Of a stretch of DNA of 64,000 nt, positions 9,775-20,448 are shown in pieces. Source of the stretch: Candidatus Rokuibacteriota bacterium (lineage in GTDB: Bacteria; Methylomirabilota; Methylomirabilia; Rokubacteriales; CSP1-6); the NCBI GenBank assembly GCA_003221695.1, contig QHSX01000064.1:9048-73047 (forward strand), written 5' to 3'. A model generated the notes under the pieces. The model had not been told where the DNA came from. It searched no databases and saw only the letters and a program-made list of their open reading frames with translations. Both the position numbers and the translations under genes were made by a program. Within the stretch, counting starts at the first letter, position 1, and each line of letters begins with the position of its first letter.

Positions 9775-11487
9775 ATGACTTCGCTCGACTGGGCGCTGGT
9801 CGTCGTCATCAACCTCGGCATCGTCATTTACGGCGTCTGGGTCATTAAGAGCAAGGACGAGAGCTTCGACTACTTCCTTGCCGCCAAGACGCTGCCCTGG
9901 TGGGCGGTCGGGCTGTCGGCCTTCGGCACCGCCGTGGACACCGGCGACTACGTGGCCGTGGCCGGCGGCGCCTACCGCTTCGGGATCTCTCAGCTCGCCT
10001 TCTGGTGGCTCGGCCTCGCGGTGGGCTGGTTCGTGCTGAGCTTCTTCGTGCTGAAGGCGATGTACCGCACGGGGATGTATACGAACGCGGAGTGGCTCGA
10101 GTTCCGCTTCGGGCCGATCACGCGCGTCCTCGCGGTGTTCATCAACATCCAGTCGCGGACCAACGTGCTCGGCAACATCTACTTCTCCATGTTCCTCGTG
10201 CTCAACATCGTGGCGGGGGTCCCTCGGGGGTGGTCGTGGGTGGTGGTCGTCCTCGTCGCGCTCACCGCGATCGCCTACATCGTGACGGGCGGCCTGCGCT
10301 CGGACGTCATCACGGACGTGATGCAGGCGGTGCCCATGGTGATCGGCTCCTTCGTGCTCGGCGGCGCCGTGTGGTGGAGCGTGGGCGGCTGGAGCGGGTT
10401 GACCGCGAAGCTCACCGCCATCGACCCGAAGCTCCCCGCGCAGCTCCTGCACGTCGGCGGGTACTCGCCCGGCGGCGTGCCGCCCACCGTGGTCGTCTTC
10501 GGGATGGTGATCGCCCTGATCGCCTACGCCACGATCAACCAGTACGAGGCGATCAGGTTCCTGGGCGCGCGCTCGGAGTGGGACTACAAGATGGCGGCCG
10601 TGGTGGCGAGCGTGGTCACGTCCGCCACGCTCTGGTTCAACATCACGATGGGGCCGCTGGCGAGGGCCGACTTCCCCGATCTGAAGATCGTGGACCAGGC
10701 CTATCCCCTGATGATCACGAAGTACCTGCCCGCGGGCCTCATCGGCATCGTGGTGGCCGGGCTCGTCGCCGCCGGCTACTCCACCTTCGACTCCATCGGC
10801 ATCGGCATCTCGAGCCTCTTCGTCCGCGACCTCTACGCCCGCTTCTTCGTGAAAAACGCGACGGACGCCCACTACACGCTGGTGGGGAAGCTCTCGGTGC
10901 CGTTCGTCATCGCCCTCGGCTTCGTGTACGTGCCGTTCCTGGGTGCGCCCGGGATGTTCGCCTTCTACATCCGCCTGGCCGGGGCCATCTCGGTGCCGCT
11001 CATGACCGTGATGCTGATGGGCGTCTTCACGCGCGTGCATCGGGCCACGGGCTCGATCGGCCTCGTCGCGGGCCTTCTCTACGGGGTCTCGGCCATCGTC
11101 GCGGACTTCAACCGGTGGGGCTGGCCCACCTGGTACGTGAGCCCGTGGTGGGCGTACGTGTGGAACATCGTGATCCCGGCGTTGGTGATGGTCGCGGCCT
11201 CCGCGATCATCGACCGCGTGCGCGGTCCGGTGAAGGACGAGGAACTGCTGGGTCTCGTCTTCACCGGGCGCGAGGTGCCGCCGGCTCAGCTCCGGGACTC
11301 CATCGCGAAGCGACTCAAGGCGCTCGAGGGCACGTGGCTGCAGAAGACGCTGCGGGAGGCCCGACCGATGCCCAAGTACCCATTTCCGGTGCCGGCGGAA
11401 GGCTTGCCCTGGTACAAGTCGCCCGAGCGCTGGACGTGGGGCTACGTCGTCGTCGTCTGCTTCTTCCTCTTCTTCATCTTGTGGTGA
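9775..11487 (+). CDS. Sodium:solute symporter (SSS) family transporter
   Basis: DYFLAAKTLPWWAVGLS, GGLRSDVITDVMQ; many TM segments; GGAGG RBS. Confidence 0.88.
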   Translation: MTSLDWALVVVINLGIVIYGVWVIKSKDESFDYFLAAKTLPWWAVGLSAFGTAVDTGDYVAVAGGAYRFGISQLAFWWLGLAVGWFVLSFFVLKAMYRTGMYTNAEWLEFRFGPITRVLAVFINIQSRTNVLGNIYFSMFLVLNIVAGVPRGWSWVVVVLVALTAIAYIVTGGLRSDVITDVMQAVPMVIGSFVLGGAVWWSVGGWSGLTAKLTAIDPKLPAQLLHVGGYSPGGVPPTVVVFGMVIALIAYATINQYEAIRFLGARSEWDYKMAAVVASVVTSATLWFNITMGPLARADFPDLKIVDQAYPLMITKYLPAGLIGIVVAGLVAAGYSTFDSIGIGISSLFVRDLYARFFVKNATDAHYTLVGKLSVPFVIALGFVYVPFLGAPGMFAFYIRLAGAISVPLMTVMLMGVFTRVHRATGSIGLVAGLLYGVSAIVADFNRWGWPTWYVSPWWAYVWNIVIPALVMVAASAIIDRVRGPVKDEELLGLVFTGREVPPAQLRDSIAKRLKALEGTWLQKTLREARPMPKYPFPVPAEGLPWYKSPERWTWGYVVVVCFFLFFILW

Positions 11488-11493
11488 GGGCCC

Positions 11494-11688
11494 ATGGAAG
11501 CCAATGCGTTCCAGCTCCTCTACGGCACGGTCTTCCTCGCGATCGTCGGCGTCCTGGTGCTGCTCACGCTGGCGTACGGGGGCGGCCTCGCGTGGGTGAA
11601 GGTGCTGATCGGCGTGGGGCTCCTGGCGTTCAGCGCGTGGTTCGGCGTGCAGTACCAGCGCGCGCGCGGCGTCCGGCGGCGCCGCTGA
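11494..11688 (+). CDS. Small membrane protein, possible symporter accessory subunit
   Basis: 64 aa, two TM helices, directly after the SSS gene. Confidence 0.6.
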   Translation: MEANAFQLLYGTVFLAIVGVLVLLTLAYGGGLAWVKVLIGVGLLAFSAWFGVQYQRARGVRRRR

Positions 11689-12519
11689 TCACTTGAAGCG
11701 GTCGATGCCGGTGCCGCGATAGAGGATCTGCGCCTGGCGTTTCATGATCGCGGCGTGACGCGCCAGGGCCTCCGGCGCGAGGTCGCGCGCCGGGGGCTCC
11801 TCGGGCTCGAAGTGATGGTACCCGTCCGTCCCGCGGACCAGCAACGCGCTGTCCCCCTCACCGGCCACCTGGCGGACCGACGTCGGGATGTAGCGGACGG
11901 CGAAGCCGATCCGACGGTCATCGGACCGGTTGGGCGGCGAGCTGTGGAACATCAGCACGTGATGGAGCGACATCTCGCCCGCACGGAGCAGGATGTCGAC
12001 CGCTCGCCCCTCGTCCACCTCGACGGCGATCTCCTGACCGCGCGAGAGCAGGTTGCTCGGGGCGAAGGTGTCGCGGTGCGGGACCTGCGCGCGATGCGAG
12101 CCTGGCACCATGCGCATCGCGCCGTTCTCCACGGTGGCGTCCGTGAACGCCACCCACGCCGTGACGATGTCGGGCTGGCTGAGGCCCCAGTAGGTCGCGT
12201 CCTGGTGCCAGGACACGTACGCCGGATCCCGCGCCTCCTTGATGAAGAAGCTCGAGCTCCAGCAGAGGAGGTTCGCCCCCAGGATGGCTTCGACGGCGTC
12301 GAGGATGACGGGATGCCGCACCAGCCGATCGAGCCACGTGAAGACCAGATGGGCCTTGTGCCGGAGCTCGCCGCGCAACGGGCCGCCCTGGAGGCGCTCG
12401 ACCCCCTCCAGACGCAGCCGGACCTCGCGCGCCTCCGCGGCGGAGAGCACGCGAATCGGGAAGGCGAAGCCGTCGCGCTCGTACGCTGCCACCGCCGAGG
12501 ACGAGAGACGCGTCCCCAT
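11689..12519 (-). CDS. Phytanoyl-CoA dioxygenase (PhyH) family Fe/2OG enzyme
   Basis: WHQD, NGAMRMVPGSH, HSSPPN..RRIG. Confidence 0.88.
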   Translation of the reverse strand: MGTRLSSSAVAAYERDGFAFPIRVLSAAEAREVRLRLEGVERLQGGPLRGELRHKAHLVFTWLDRLVRHPVILDAVEAILGANLLCWSSSFFIKEARDPAYVSWHQDATYWGLSQPDIVTAWVAFTDATVENGAMRMVPGSHRAQVPHRDTFAPSNLLSRGQEIAVEVDEGRAVDILLRAGEMSLHHVLMFHSSPPNRSDDRRIGFAVRYIPTSVRQVAGEGDSALLVRGTDGYHHFEPEEPPARDLAPEALARHAAIMKRQAQILYRGTGIDRFK

Positions 12520-12523
12520 GACC

Positions 12524-12784
12524 TCAGCCCTTGAGCCGGAGCACGTCGTCGTGCTTGCGGACCCGCTCGCCGACCTTCAGCGCCACCTCGCTGCCACGCT
12601 CGGCCCGTTGCACCCCGCGGTGGTCCACCTCGAGCGACTCGACCGTCTGGATGACGTCGGTCGTGTGACCGCGGATGCGGATCCTGTCGCCGACCTGGAG
12701 GGCGCCCTCGCCGAGGTTGATGGCCGCGACACCGATCTTCGCGTAGTAGTCCGTGACGGTGCCGACCTTCTCTTCCGTGGCCAT
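12524..12784 (-). CDS. Small EF-Tu domain-2-like beta-barrel protein
   Basis: VGTVTDYYAKIGVAAI..GDRIRIRGHTTD..QTVES. Confidence 0.7.
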   Translation of the reverse strand: MATEEKVGTVTDYYAKIGVAAINLGEGALQVGDRIRIRGHTTDVIQTVESLEVDHRGVQRAERGSEVALKVGERVRKHDDVLRLKG

Positions 12785-12805
12785 GCGCGCCCCCCTGGGT
12801 GGCGG

Positions 12806-13651
12806 TTACTTCAAGGCGCCCGCCGTCAGGCCGGAGACGTAGTAGTCGAGGAAGAAGACGTACAGAATCACGATCGGGACCGAGCCGAGGACGGCGCCCG
12901 CCATGAGGGAGCCCCAGAAGTAGATGTCGCCACGGATCAGCTCGGTCGTAACCCCGACGCTCGCCGTGATCTGCTCCGAGGACGAGGTGAAGGTGAGTGC
13001 GTAGATGAACTCGTTCCAGGAGAGCGTGAAGGCGAAGAGCGCCGCGCAGACGAGCCCAGGCACGGCCATCGGCAGCACGATGCGCCAGAGCGCCTGGATG
13101 CGCGTGGCCCCGTCCACCAGGGCGCACTCCTCGACCTCCTTCGGCACCGTGCGGAAGTAACCGATCAGCAGCCACGTGCAGAACGGGACGAGGAACGTAG
13201 GGTACGTCAGGACGAGCGCCCACTTCGAGTCGGACAGGCCGAGCCACTGGACGACCTGCGCCAGCGGCAGGAAGAGGAGCGAGGTCGGCACCAGGTAGGT
13301 GACGAAGATGCCGGTCCCCAAGCTCGCCACGCCGAAGAACTTGAGCCGCGCCAGCGCGTAGGCGGCGATGGTGCCGACGACCACGGAGATCCCCGTGGCG
13401 AGAAAGGCCACCATCAGGCTGTTCTTCGTCCACGTGAGAAACTCGGTGTCCCAGAGCAGCTTCGCGTAGTGCTCCAGCGTCGGCCCCTGCGTGATGACGA
13501 GCGGCACCGCGTAGCGGTCGTAGAGCTCGCGGTCCTGCTTCAGCGACGTCAGCGTCATGTGATAGAAGGGGAACAGCGCGAAGATCAGGAACGGCAGCAG
13601 CGCGACGTGGAGCATCAGCCGCTTGACGAAGGGCCGGCGCGACACCGTCAT
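12806..13651 (-). CDS. Carbohydrate ABC permease (MalG-like)
   Basis: EVEECALVDGA, WNEF, VSGLTAGALK. Confidence 0.9.
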   Translation of the reverse strand: MTVSRRPFVKRLMLHVALLPFLIFALFPFYHMTLTSLKQDRELYDRYAVPLVITQGPTLEHYAKLLWDTEFLTWTKNSLMVAFLATGISVVVGTIAAYALARLKFFGVASLGTGIFVTYLVPTSLLFLPLAQVVQWLGLSDSKWALVLTYPTFLVPFCTWLLIGYFRTVPKEVEECALVDGATRIQALWRIVLPMAVPGLVCAALFAFTLSWNEFIYALTFTSSSEQITASVGVTTELIRGDIYFWGSLMAGAVLGSVPIVILYVFFLDYYVSGLTAGALK

Positions 13652-13654
13652 GCG

Positions 13655-14596
13655 CTAGTACACCTGCTTCCGCACGAACCGCAGCTGCGCCCAGACGACG
13701 AAGACCAGCAGTGGGAAGAGGTAGAGGGAAATCGCCGCCCCCTCGCCGATCCGGCCGGTATCGATGCCCACCTGACGCGAGAGCGTGGCGAAGAGATGGG
13801 TGGCATTGATGGGGCCGCCGTGCGTCAGAATGTAGACGATGTTGAAGTCGCCGAAGGTGAAGATGGTCGAGAAGAGGACGACCACGGCGAGGACAGGCCT
13901 CAGCAGGGGCAGCGTGACGTGCCAGAACCGCGCGTTCGCGCCCGCACCGTCGGCCTCGGCGGCTTCGTAGAGCTCCTTCGGGATCGCGACGAGCCCCGCG
14001 AGGATGGTGATGGCGAAGAACGGCAGCCCCCGCCAGACGTTGACGGCGATGACCGCACTCATGGCGTAGTAACGCTGGCCGAGCCAGTTCGGTCCCGGTG
14101 GGTCCACGATCCCGAGCGCGATGCCCGTCCAGTTCACCACGCTGTAGAGCGAGTTGAACATCCACCACCAGCCGAGCGTCGAGAGCGCGGTCGGAATCAC
14201 CCACGGCAGGAGGACCGCCCCGCGGATCATGCGCTTGAACCAGAGCTGCTCGTTCAGCAGCAGCGCCAGGATGATGCCCAGCACGACCTTGAAGGCCACC
14301 GCGATGCTGGTGAAGACGAAGGCGTTCTGGAAGGTCTGGCGGAAGACGTCGCTGTCCCAGAGCGCGATGAAGTTGTGGAGACCCACCCAGCGGCTCGGGC
14401 GGCCGATGAACGCGTTGGACATGGAGAAATAGAGCGCCATGACGAAGGGATACGCGACCAGCAGCACGAGGAGGAGCAGCGCCGGCGTGACGAACACCGG
14501 CCCGAGGATCGACTCGTGGTCGAGCCACTCGCGCACGCGCCCGGCGAGCCGCGGGCGGCCACGCGGCACCGGGAGATCGTCGGCCCTGACCGCCAT
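13655..14596 (-). CDS. Carbohydrate ABC permease (MalF-like)
   Basis: WVGLHNF, ELYEAAEADGA, THGGP. Confidence 0.9.
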   Translation of the reverse strand: MAVRADDLPVPRGRPRLAGRVREWLDHESILGPVFVTPALLLLVLLVAYPFVMALYFSMSNAFIGRPSRWVGLHNFIALWDSDVFRQTFQNAFVFTSIAVAFKVVLGIILALLLNEQLWFKRMIRGAVLLPWVIPTALSTLGWWWMFNSLYSVVNWTGIALGIVDPPGPNWLGQRYYAMSAVIAVNVWRGLPFFAITILAGLVAIPKELYEAAEADGAGANARFWHVTLPLLRPVLAVVVLFSTIFTFGDFNIVYILTHGGPINATHLFATLSRQVGIDTGRIGEGAAISLYLFPLLVFVVWAQLRFVRKQVY

Positions 14597-14597
14597 G

Positions 14598-15878
14598 TCA
14601 GCCGGCGAGGATCTTCTTCATTTCGGTCTCGGCCCAGGCGATGGCGTCCTTGGGCGAGGTGCCGGTGACCGCCTTGGCGATCATGTTCGGCAGCAGATAG
14701 GTGTTGGTGATGAGCTGGACCTTGTCCGAGGGCGGCGCCGGCCAGCCATAGGTGTGATACTGGACCCCCTCGCCCCTGAGAGCGGCGTACTTGGGGTCGG
14801 TCCTGAGCACCGGGTGATCCTGGAGCTTCTCGTAGACGGGCAGATTGAACGCGTCGCCCGACATGATGTACTCGTCGTAGACCTCTCGCGTGCCGAGCAG
14901 GTACCGGATCCACTCCTTGGCGGGCTCGACGTTCTTCGAGAACTTCCAGATGGCGATGTGGCGCGGAGTGTCGGTCTCGTGGCGGCCGTGCGGCCCGCCG
15001 AGGCTCCGGTGGTGGTTGATGCCGTCGGCGGTGACCAGCTTCCGCTGCTTCGCCACGATATAGGCGCTGACGGGGTTGTGGATCCAGCCGGCCTTGCCCT
15101 GCTGGATCGACTCGTTGTTGCTGGCGTCCGACCACGACAGCACCTCGGGCTCCATGCAATCGCGGAACATCTTCTTGTACCACTCGATCGTCTGGACGGT
15201 GGCCGGCGAGTTGATGCGCACGGTCTTGCCGTCCTTGTCCACCTCCATGCCGCCGAACGACCACAGCACCGGGCCGGCCGTGGAGATCGAGTCGTAGTTC
15301 TGGCTGATGGGAATCCCGACCGGATTCCCCATCTTCTTGAGCTCCTTGCCGACCGTGTAGAGATCTTCCCAGGTGTCGGGGACCTTGAGGCTCGCCTTCT
15401 TGAACAGGTCCTCCCGGTAGGTCGCGACGAACATGGCGTGGTACTGGGGCACGGCGCGCCACGCCCCGTTGACGTGGGCGCCCTCGTACGCCGAGCCGAT
15501 CGCCTTGCCGTGCTTCTTCTCGAGCTCGCCCACGACGTCCGAGACGTCCACGAGCTGGGGCTCGTAGAGCCACGGGAAGTGCATGCGCATCTCGACGAGG
15601 TCGTGGCCGGCCTGGGTCTGGACTTCGGAGGCGTACTTCTGCTGTTGCGGGCCCATGTGCGAGACGTGGTCGATCTTGAGCTTGATGCCGGTGTCCTTGG
15701 TGAAGCGCTGGCCGATCTCGGCCAGCTTCTTGTCCGAGGCCGGGGCGAAGTTGTTCCAGCAGAGGTACGAGATCTCCCGCTGCTGGCCCCGCGCCGGGGG
15801 CACGCGCGTCGCGAGGATGCCGGCGAGGCCTCCTCCCGCGGTCGTGGTCAGGAAACGGCGGCGGCTGATCGGCTCCAT
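14598..15878 (-). CDS. Carbohydrate ABC substrate-binding protein, Tat-exported
   Basis: SRRRFL Tat motif; PDTWEDL; RBS before ATG at 15878. Confidence 0.85.
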   Translation of the reverse strand: MEPISRRRFLTTTAGGGLAGILATRVPPARGQQREISYLCWNNFAPASDKKLAEIGQRFTKDTGIKLKIDHVSHMGPQQQKYASEVQTQAGHDLVEMRMHFPWLYEPQLVDVSDVVGELEKKHGKAIGSAYEGAHVNGAWRAVPQYHAMFVATYREDLFKKASLKVPDTWEDLYTVGKELKKMGNPVGIPISQNYDSISTAGPVLWSFGGMEVDKDGKTVRINSPATVQTIEWYKKMFRDCMEPEVLSWSDASNNESIQQGKAGWIHNPVSAYIVAKQRKLVTADGINHHRSLGGPHGRHETDTPRHIAIWKFSKNVEPAKEWIRYLLGTREVYDEYIMSGDAFNLPVYEKLQDHPVLRTDPKYAALRGEGVQYHTYGWPAPPSDKVQLITNTYLLPNMIAKAVTGTSPKDAIAWAETEMKKILAG

Positions 15879-15971
15879 GGCTCCTCCCTGTCTGGCGTTG
15901 GGGGGCCCGACGGTTCGAAACGGTGAAGGGAGTGTAGACAACGCGCGTCGGCTGTCAAGGCGCGCCGCGGC

Positions 15972-18900
15972 TCACGCCGTCTCCTCGGGCGCGCCGATCG
16001 TGCGGGGGAACCGCTCCTCGAGGATGACGTAGAGCGTGGGGATGAGGACCAGCGTGAAGAAGGTCGAGACGAGCAGGCCGCCGATGACCGCGATGGCCAA
16101 CGGCTGATTCGCCTCCGTGCCGACCCCGAAGGCGAGCGCCATCGGCAGGAGGCCGACGACGGTCGTGAGCGTGGTCATGAGGATGGGGCGCAGACGGATC
16201 CGGCCGGCCCGCGGGACCGCCACGCGCAAAGGCTCGCCGCGCCGGCGGCGTTCGTTGATGTACTCGACGAGGAGCACGCCGTTCGAGACCACGATTCCGA
16301 CCATCATGATGATGCCCATGAACGACGTCGTCGAGAGCGTCGTGTTCGTCAGGTAGAGCGCCCAGAAGACGCCGATGAGCCCCATGGGCACCGAGAACAT
16401 GATCGTGAACGGGTCCTTGAGTGACTTGAACTGCGACGCGAGCACCATGTACACGAGGATGACCGCGAGGATCGAGGTGAAGTAGAGGCTCGCGAAGGAC
16501 TCCCGCTGCTGCTCGGTCTGCCCACCGAGGCGCACCGTGAAACCGGCCGGCAGCGGAAGCCGACGGAACTTCGCCTCGAGCTCCTCCGAGATCGAGCCGA
16601 GGTCGCGGCCCACGGCGTTGGCGTTGATGCGGATCAGCCGCTGTGCGTACTTGCGCTCGATCTCGACGGGCCCCGTCGACTGGACGATGCTGGCGACCGT
16701 GGAGAGCAACACGGGCCGGTCGTTCACCGTGACGAACAGACGCGCGAGGTCGTCCGGCGTCTGGCGGTACGGCTCGTCGAGCTGGACGACCAGGTTGTAT
16801 TGGTTACCCGTCCGCGGGTCGGTGAAGATCGACGGGTTGACGCTCGCGTTCGAGTTCAGCGAGAAGAGCGCCGCCTGGGCGATGTCGCGCTGCGAAAGCC
16901 CGGCCGAGGCCGCCTTCTCACGGTCGACGAGCAGCTCGAACTGGGGGTAGTTGGCGTCGCGACTGATGTTGACGTCGGCGATGCCCTCGGTGGCCTGCAT
17001 CAGGCGGGCGACCTCGCGGGAGAGCGCGTCGGCGGTCGCGAGGTCGTAGCCGAGGATCTCGACCTGGATCGCCGTCTCCGACCCGAAGTTGATGACGCGC
17101 GAGACGAGGCCGCCCGCGACGAACTGGTAGCGCGTGCCCGGGAACTGGCCGGCGAACCGCGGCCGGAGCGCATTCACGATCTCGCGGTCGCTCCGCGTCC
17201 GCTTGTCCGCGGTCGAGAGGTAGACCTGGATCGTCGCGCTGTGGGGGCCGGTGTTACTGGTGAAGACCGCCGAGCGCCCCTGGGGGATGCCGACGTTCGT
17301 GACGACCGACGTCAGCTCCTCGGGGCGCAGCGTCGCCCGGATGATCGACTCCATGCCCTTGACGATGCGCTCGGTCTCCTCGATCCGCGTGCCGATCGGC
17401 GCCTTGGCGTTGATGCGGAACTGCGCCTCGTCCGACGGGGGGAAGAACTCGGTGCCGATGAGCGGCTTGAGACCGAACCACGGCGCGAGGACGAGGAACA
17501 TGCTCCCCGCAAACGCCACGGCGACCCAGCCCACGACGAGGCCGCGACGGCCGAGCGCCCACTCGAGGAGGCGCTGGTAGAGCGTCTCCATGCCGTCGAA
17601 GAAGCGCTGCGAGAGCCGGAAGACGCGGTCCTTGACGCGCCGGGAGGCGGGGTCGACCGGGTGCTCCGGCCGCAACACCCGGAGCGCCAGGAGCGGCGTC
17701 ACCGTCCGCGACACGAGGAACGAGGCGAAGAGCGAGATCGAGATCGTGAACGTGAGCGGAATGAAGAGGAGCTTGATCTGCCCTTCGAGGAACACCGTCG
17801 GCACGAAGACGATGATCGTCGTGATCGTCGCGGCGAAGATCGGCATGGCCACCTCGCGCGCGGCGTCGAGGACGGCCTTGCGGCGCGGCGTGTCCGGGAT
17901 GTTCAGGTGGCGGTTGATGTTCTCGAGCTCGACGATCGAGTCGTCGACGAGCCGGCCCACGGCCAGCGCGAGCCCCCCGAGGGTGAACACGTTGAGCGTC
18001 TGGCCGAGGAAATACATGCAGATGAACGAGAGCAGGATCGAGAGCGGGATCGCGATCGAGATGATCAGCGTCGAGGTGAACGACCGGAGGAAGATCAGGA
18101 TGACGACGAAGGCCAGGGCCGAGCCCTGCATGGCCTCGTGCCAGAGGCTCTCGATGGCCTGGCGGATGTAGATCGACTGGTCGAACGTGACGCCGACCCT
18201 CACCCCCGGCGGGACACCGGTCACCTTCGGCAGGAGCTCTCGCACCTGGTCCACGACGGCGATCGTGTTCGCCCCGGGCTGCTTGTTCACCCGCATGAAG
18301 ACGCCGCGATGACCGTCGATGCGGACGACCGCCGTCTGGGTCTCGTGGGAGTCGACGACGTGGCCGACGTCCTTCACGTGGATCGGCGTGCCGCTCGGCC
18401 CGGCCCGCTGAATGACGATGTCCTCCATCGGCTGGACGACCTTGAACTGGTTGTTCGTGTAGATGTTGTAGTCGAGGCGGCCGACCTTGATGTCGCCTGC
18501 GGGAAGGAGGAAGTTCGCCTCGTTGACCGCCCGGACGACGTCGATGACCGAGAGCCGCTTGGCGTAGAGCTGGTCGCGGTTCAGGTTCACCGTGATCTGA
18601 CGCACCCTGCCGCCGTCCACCGACGCCGACGCGACCCCGCCCAGCCGCTCGAGCTGGGGCTCGATCGTGTTGTAGGCGAGGTCGTAGAGTTGTCGCTCGT
18701 CGAGGTCGCCCCCCGAGACCGTGACGAGGCAGACCGGGATGTTCGAGAGGTCGAAGCGCACGATGAACGGCTGCTTGATCCCCGTGGGCAGCGAGTTGAG
18801 GATCTGCTGGATCCGCTGGATCACCTCGGTCTGGCCGTTGTTGACGTCGGCGCCCCAGTTCATCCAGAGCCGCACCGTCGAGAGGCCCTGCCGCGATTTC

Positions 18901-19145
18901 GACTCGACGAACTTGACGTCGCTGACGGCGCTGACGGCCTTCTCGATCGGGTAGGTGACGGTCTTCTCGATGTCGAGGACACCGGCGCCTGTGTAGACGG
19001 TGCCGATGTTGATGATCGGCAGATTGATGTTCGGAAAGAGGTCGATGGGAAGCCGCGCCAGCGCCACGAAGCCGAGGATGGCCACGCCCAGCGACGCCAT
19101 CAGGATGGCGATGGCGTTGCGCAGCGCGAGGAACGTCATCCACAT
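15972..19145 (-). CDS. RND efflux permease (AcrB/AcrD/AcrF family)
   Basis: 1057 aa; GRLVDDSIVELENI, RLRPILMT. Confidence 0.95.
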   Translation of the reverse strand: MWMTFLALRNAIAILMASLGVAILGFVALARLPIDLFPNINLPIINIGTVYTGAGVLDIEKTVTYPIEKAVSAVSDVKFVESKSRQGLSTVRLWMNWGADVNNGQTEVIQRIQQILNSLPTGIKQPFIVRFDLSNIPVCLVTVSGGDLDERQLYDLAYNTIEPQLERLGGVASASVDGGRVRQITVNLNRDQLYAKRLSVIDVVRAVNEANFLLPAGDIKVGRLDYNIYTNNQFKVVQPMEDIVIQRAGPSGTPIHVKDVGHVVDSHETQTAVVRIDGHRGVFMRVNKQPGANTIAVVDQVRELLPKVTGVPPGVRVGVTFDQSIYIRQAIESLWHEAMQGSALAFVVILIFLRSFTSTLIISIAIPLSILLSFICMYFLGQTLNVFTLGGLALAVGRLVDDSIVELENINRHLNIPDTPRRKAVLDAAREVAMPIFAATITTIIVFVPTVFLEGQIKLLFIPLTFTISISLFASFLVSRTVTPLLALRVLRPEHPVDPASRRVKDRVFRLSQRFFDGMETLYQRLLEWALGRRGLVVGWVAVAFAGSMFLVLAPWFGLKPLIGTEFFPPSDEAQFRINAKAPIGTRIEETERIVKGMESIIRATLRPEELTSVVTNVGIPQGRSAVFTSNTGPHSATIQVYLSTADKRTRSDREIVNALRPRFAGQFPGTRYQFVAGGLVSRVINFGSETAIQVEILGYDLATADALSREVARLMQATEGIADVNISRDANYPQFELLVDREKAASAGLSQRDIAQAALFSLNSNASVNPSIFTDPRTGNQYNLVVQLDEPYRQTPDDLARLFVTVNDRPVLLSTVASIVQSTGPVEIERKYAQRLIRINANAVGRDLGSISEELEAKFRRLPLPAGFTVRLGGQTEQQRESFASLYFTSILAVILVYMVLASQFKSLKDPFTIMFSVPMGLIGVFWALYLTNTTLSTTSFMGIIMMVGIVVSNGVLLVEYINERRRRGEPLRVAVPRAGRIRLRPILMTTLTTVVGLLPMALAFGVGTEANQPLAIAVIGGLLVSTFFTLVLIPTLYVILEERFPRTIGAPEETA

Positions 19146-19146
19146 G

Positions 19147-20448
19147 CTACTTCTTCACCTCCGCGCGGACCCGCTGGCCGTCGCGCACCAGCTCCTTGCC
19201 CTCGACGATGACGAGCTCATCCCCGCTGAGCCCCTTCGTGACCTCCACGAGCGTGCCCTCGCCGACGCCGGTGGCGATCGTGCGCCTGGCGACGACGCCT
19301 TCCTTCACGACGAACACGACCGGCGTCTCGCCCTCGTTCGAGACCGCCTCGCCGTGGATCAGGATGGCGCCGGGATGGTGGGCGATGACCAGCTCGACCC
19401 GGGCGTACATGCCGGGCTTGAGGAGACCGTCGGGGTTGACGATCGCCATCTCGACGCCGAGCGTGCGCGTCCGGGGATCGAGGGCGTGGACGAGGCGCGT
19501 CGCCCGCGCCTCGAACGCGCGGTCGGGGTAGGCGTCCACGAGGACGCGCGCGACCGAGCCGAGCCGGACGAGCGTGATGTGCCGCTCCTGGACCTCGAGC
19601 TGGACCTTGACGGTCGCGATGTCCTGCAGGACCAGAATGCCCACGGCCTGGGTCGACGTGCCCGCCTGCTGGGAGTTGACCGAGGCGCCCGGGTAGAGGT
19701 TCCGCGCCGAGATGTACCCCGAGAACGGCGCGAGGATCCGCGTGTTGTCGAGGTTGGTCTGGGCGATCTTGAGGAAGGCGCGGGCGCCGTCGGCGTTGGA
19801 TTGCGCGAGCGCCACCTGGCTACGCTGGGTCTCGATCTGGCTCCGGGCCGCGGCGAGCTGCGCCTCGGCCGCGGCGAGCGACGCCTGCGAGGACTCCGCG
19901 TTCGTCTTCGCGTTGTCCCGGTCCATCGCCGCGATCAGCCCGCGGCCGTGGAGGTCTTCGAGCCGGGCGGCGTTCCGCGCGTCGTTGCTCGCGACCGTGC
20001 GGGCCTTGACGAGATTCGCTTCCTGGTTGACGGCGTTGGCCTTCGCGGATTCCAGGGTCGACTCGGCGACCTTCAGGTTGGCCACGGCCGTCGCCACGGC
20101 GGCGCGGGCCTGCTCGACGGCGGCGGCGAGCTCCGGCGCCTCCACCTCCACCACGAGCTGGCCCTCCTTGACGAAGTCGCCGAGGTCGGCTCCGAGCCGC
20201 TTGATGTATCCGCTCACCTTCGAGAAGATCGCGACCTGCTGGTTCGGCAGCACGTCCGCCGTGTATGCGAGCTTGACGTCGAGGTCCTTCCGGATCGGCG
20301 TGATCACGCCCACCACGATCTCGAGCTGTCGCGGGGCCACGGCCGCGGCCTGCTGCTTCCGGATCCGGTACCCGACGAGCGTCGCGACGAGGACGCCGAG
20401 CGCCAAGAGGACGACGAAGACGCGGTGCCGGCGGAGAAAGGCCGTCAC
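19147..20448 (-). CDS. RND membrane fusion protein
   Basis: N-terminal anchor, GDFVKEGQL, APFSG, LKPGMYA; GTG start inferred. Confidence 0.88.
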   Translation of the reverse strand: MTAFLRRHRVFVVLLALGVLVATLVGYRIRKQQAAAVAPRQLEIVVGVITPIRKDLDVKLAYTADVLPNQQVAIFSKVSGYIKRLGADLGDFVKEGQLVVEVEAPELAAAVEQARAAVATAVANLKVAESTLESAKANAVNQEANLVKARTVASNDARNAARLEDLHGRGLIAAMDRDNAKTNAESSQASLAAAEAQLAAARSQIETQRSQVALAQSNADGARAFLKIAQTNLDNTRILAPFSGYISARNLYPGASVNSQQAGTSTQAVGILVLQDIATVKVQLEVQERHITLVRLGSVARVLVDAYPDRAFEARATRLVHALDPRTRTLGVEMAIVNPDGLLKPGMYARVELVIAHHPGAILIHGEAVSNEGETPVVFVVKEGVVARRTIATGVGEGTLVEVTKGLSGDELVIVEGKELVRDGQRVRAEVKK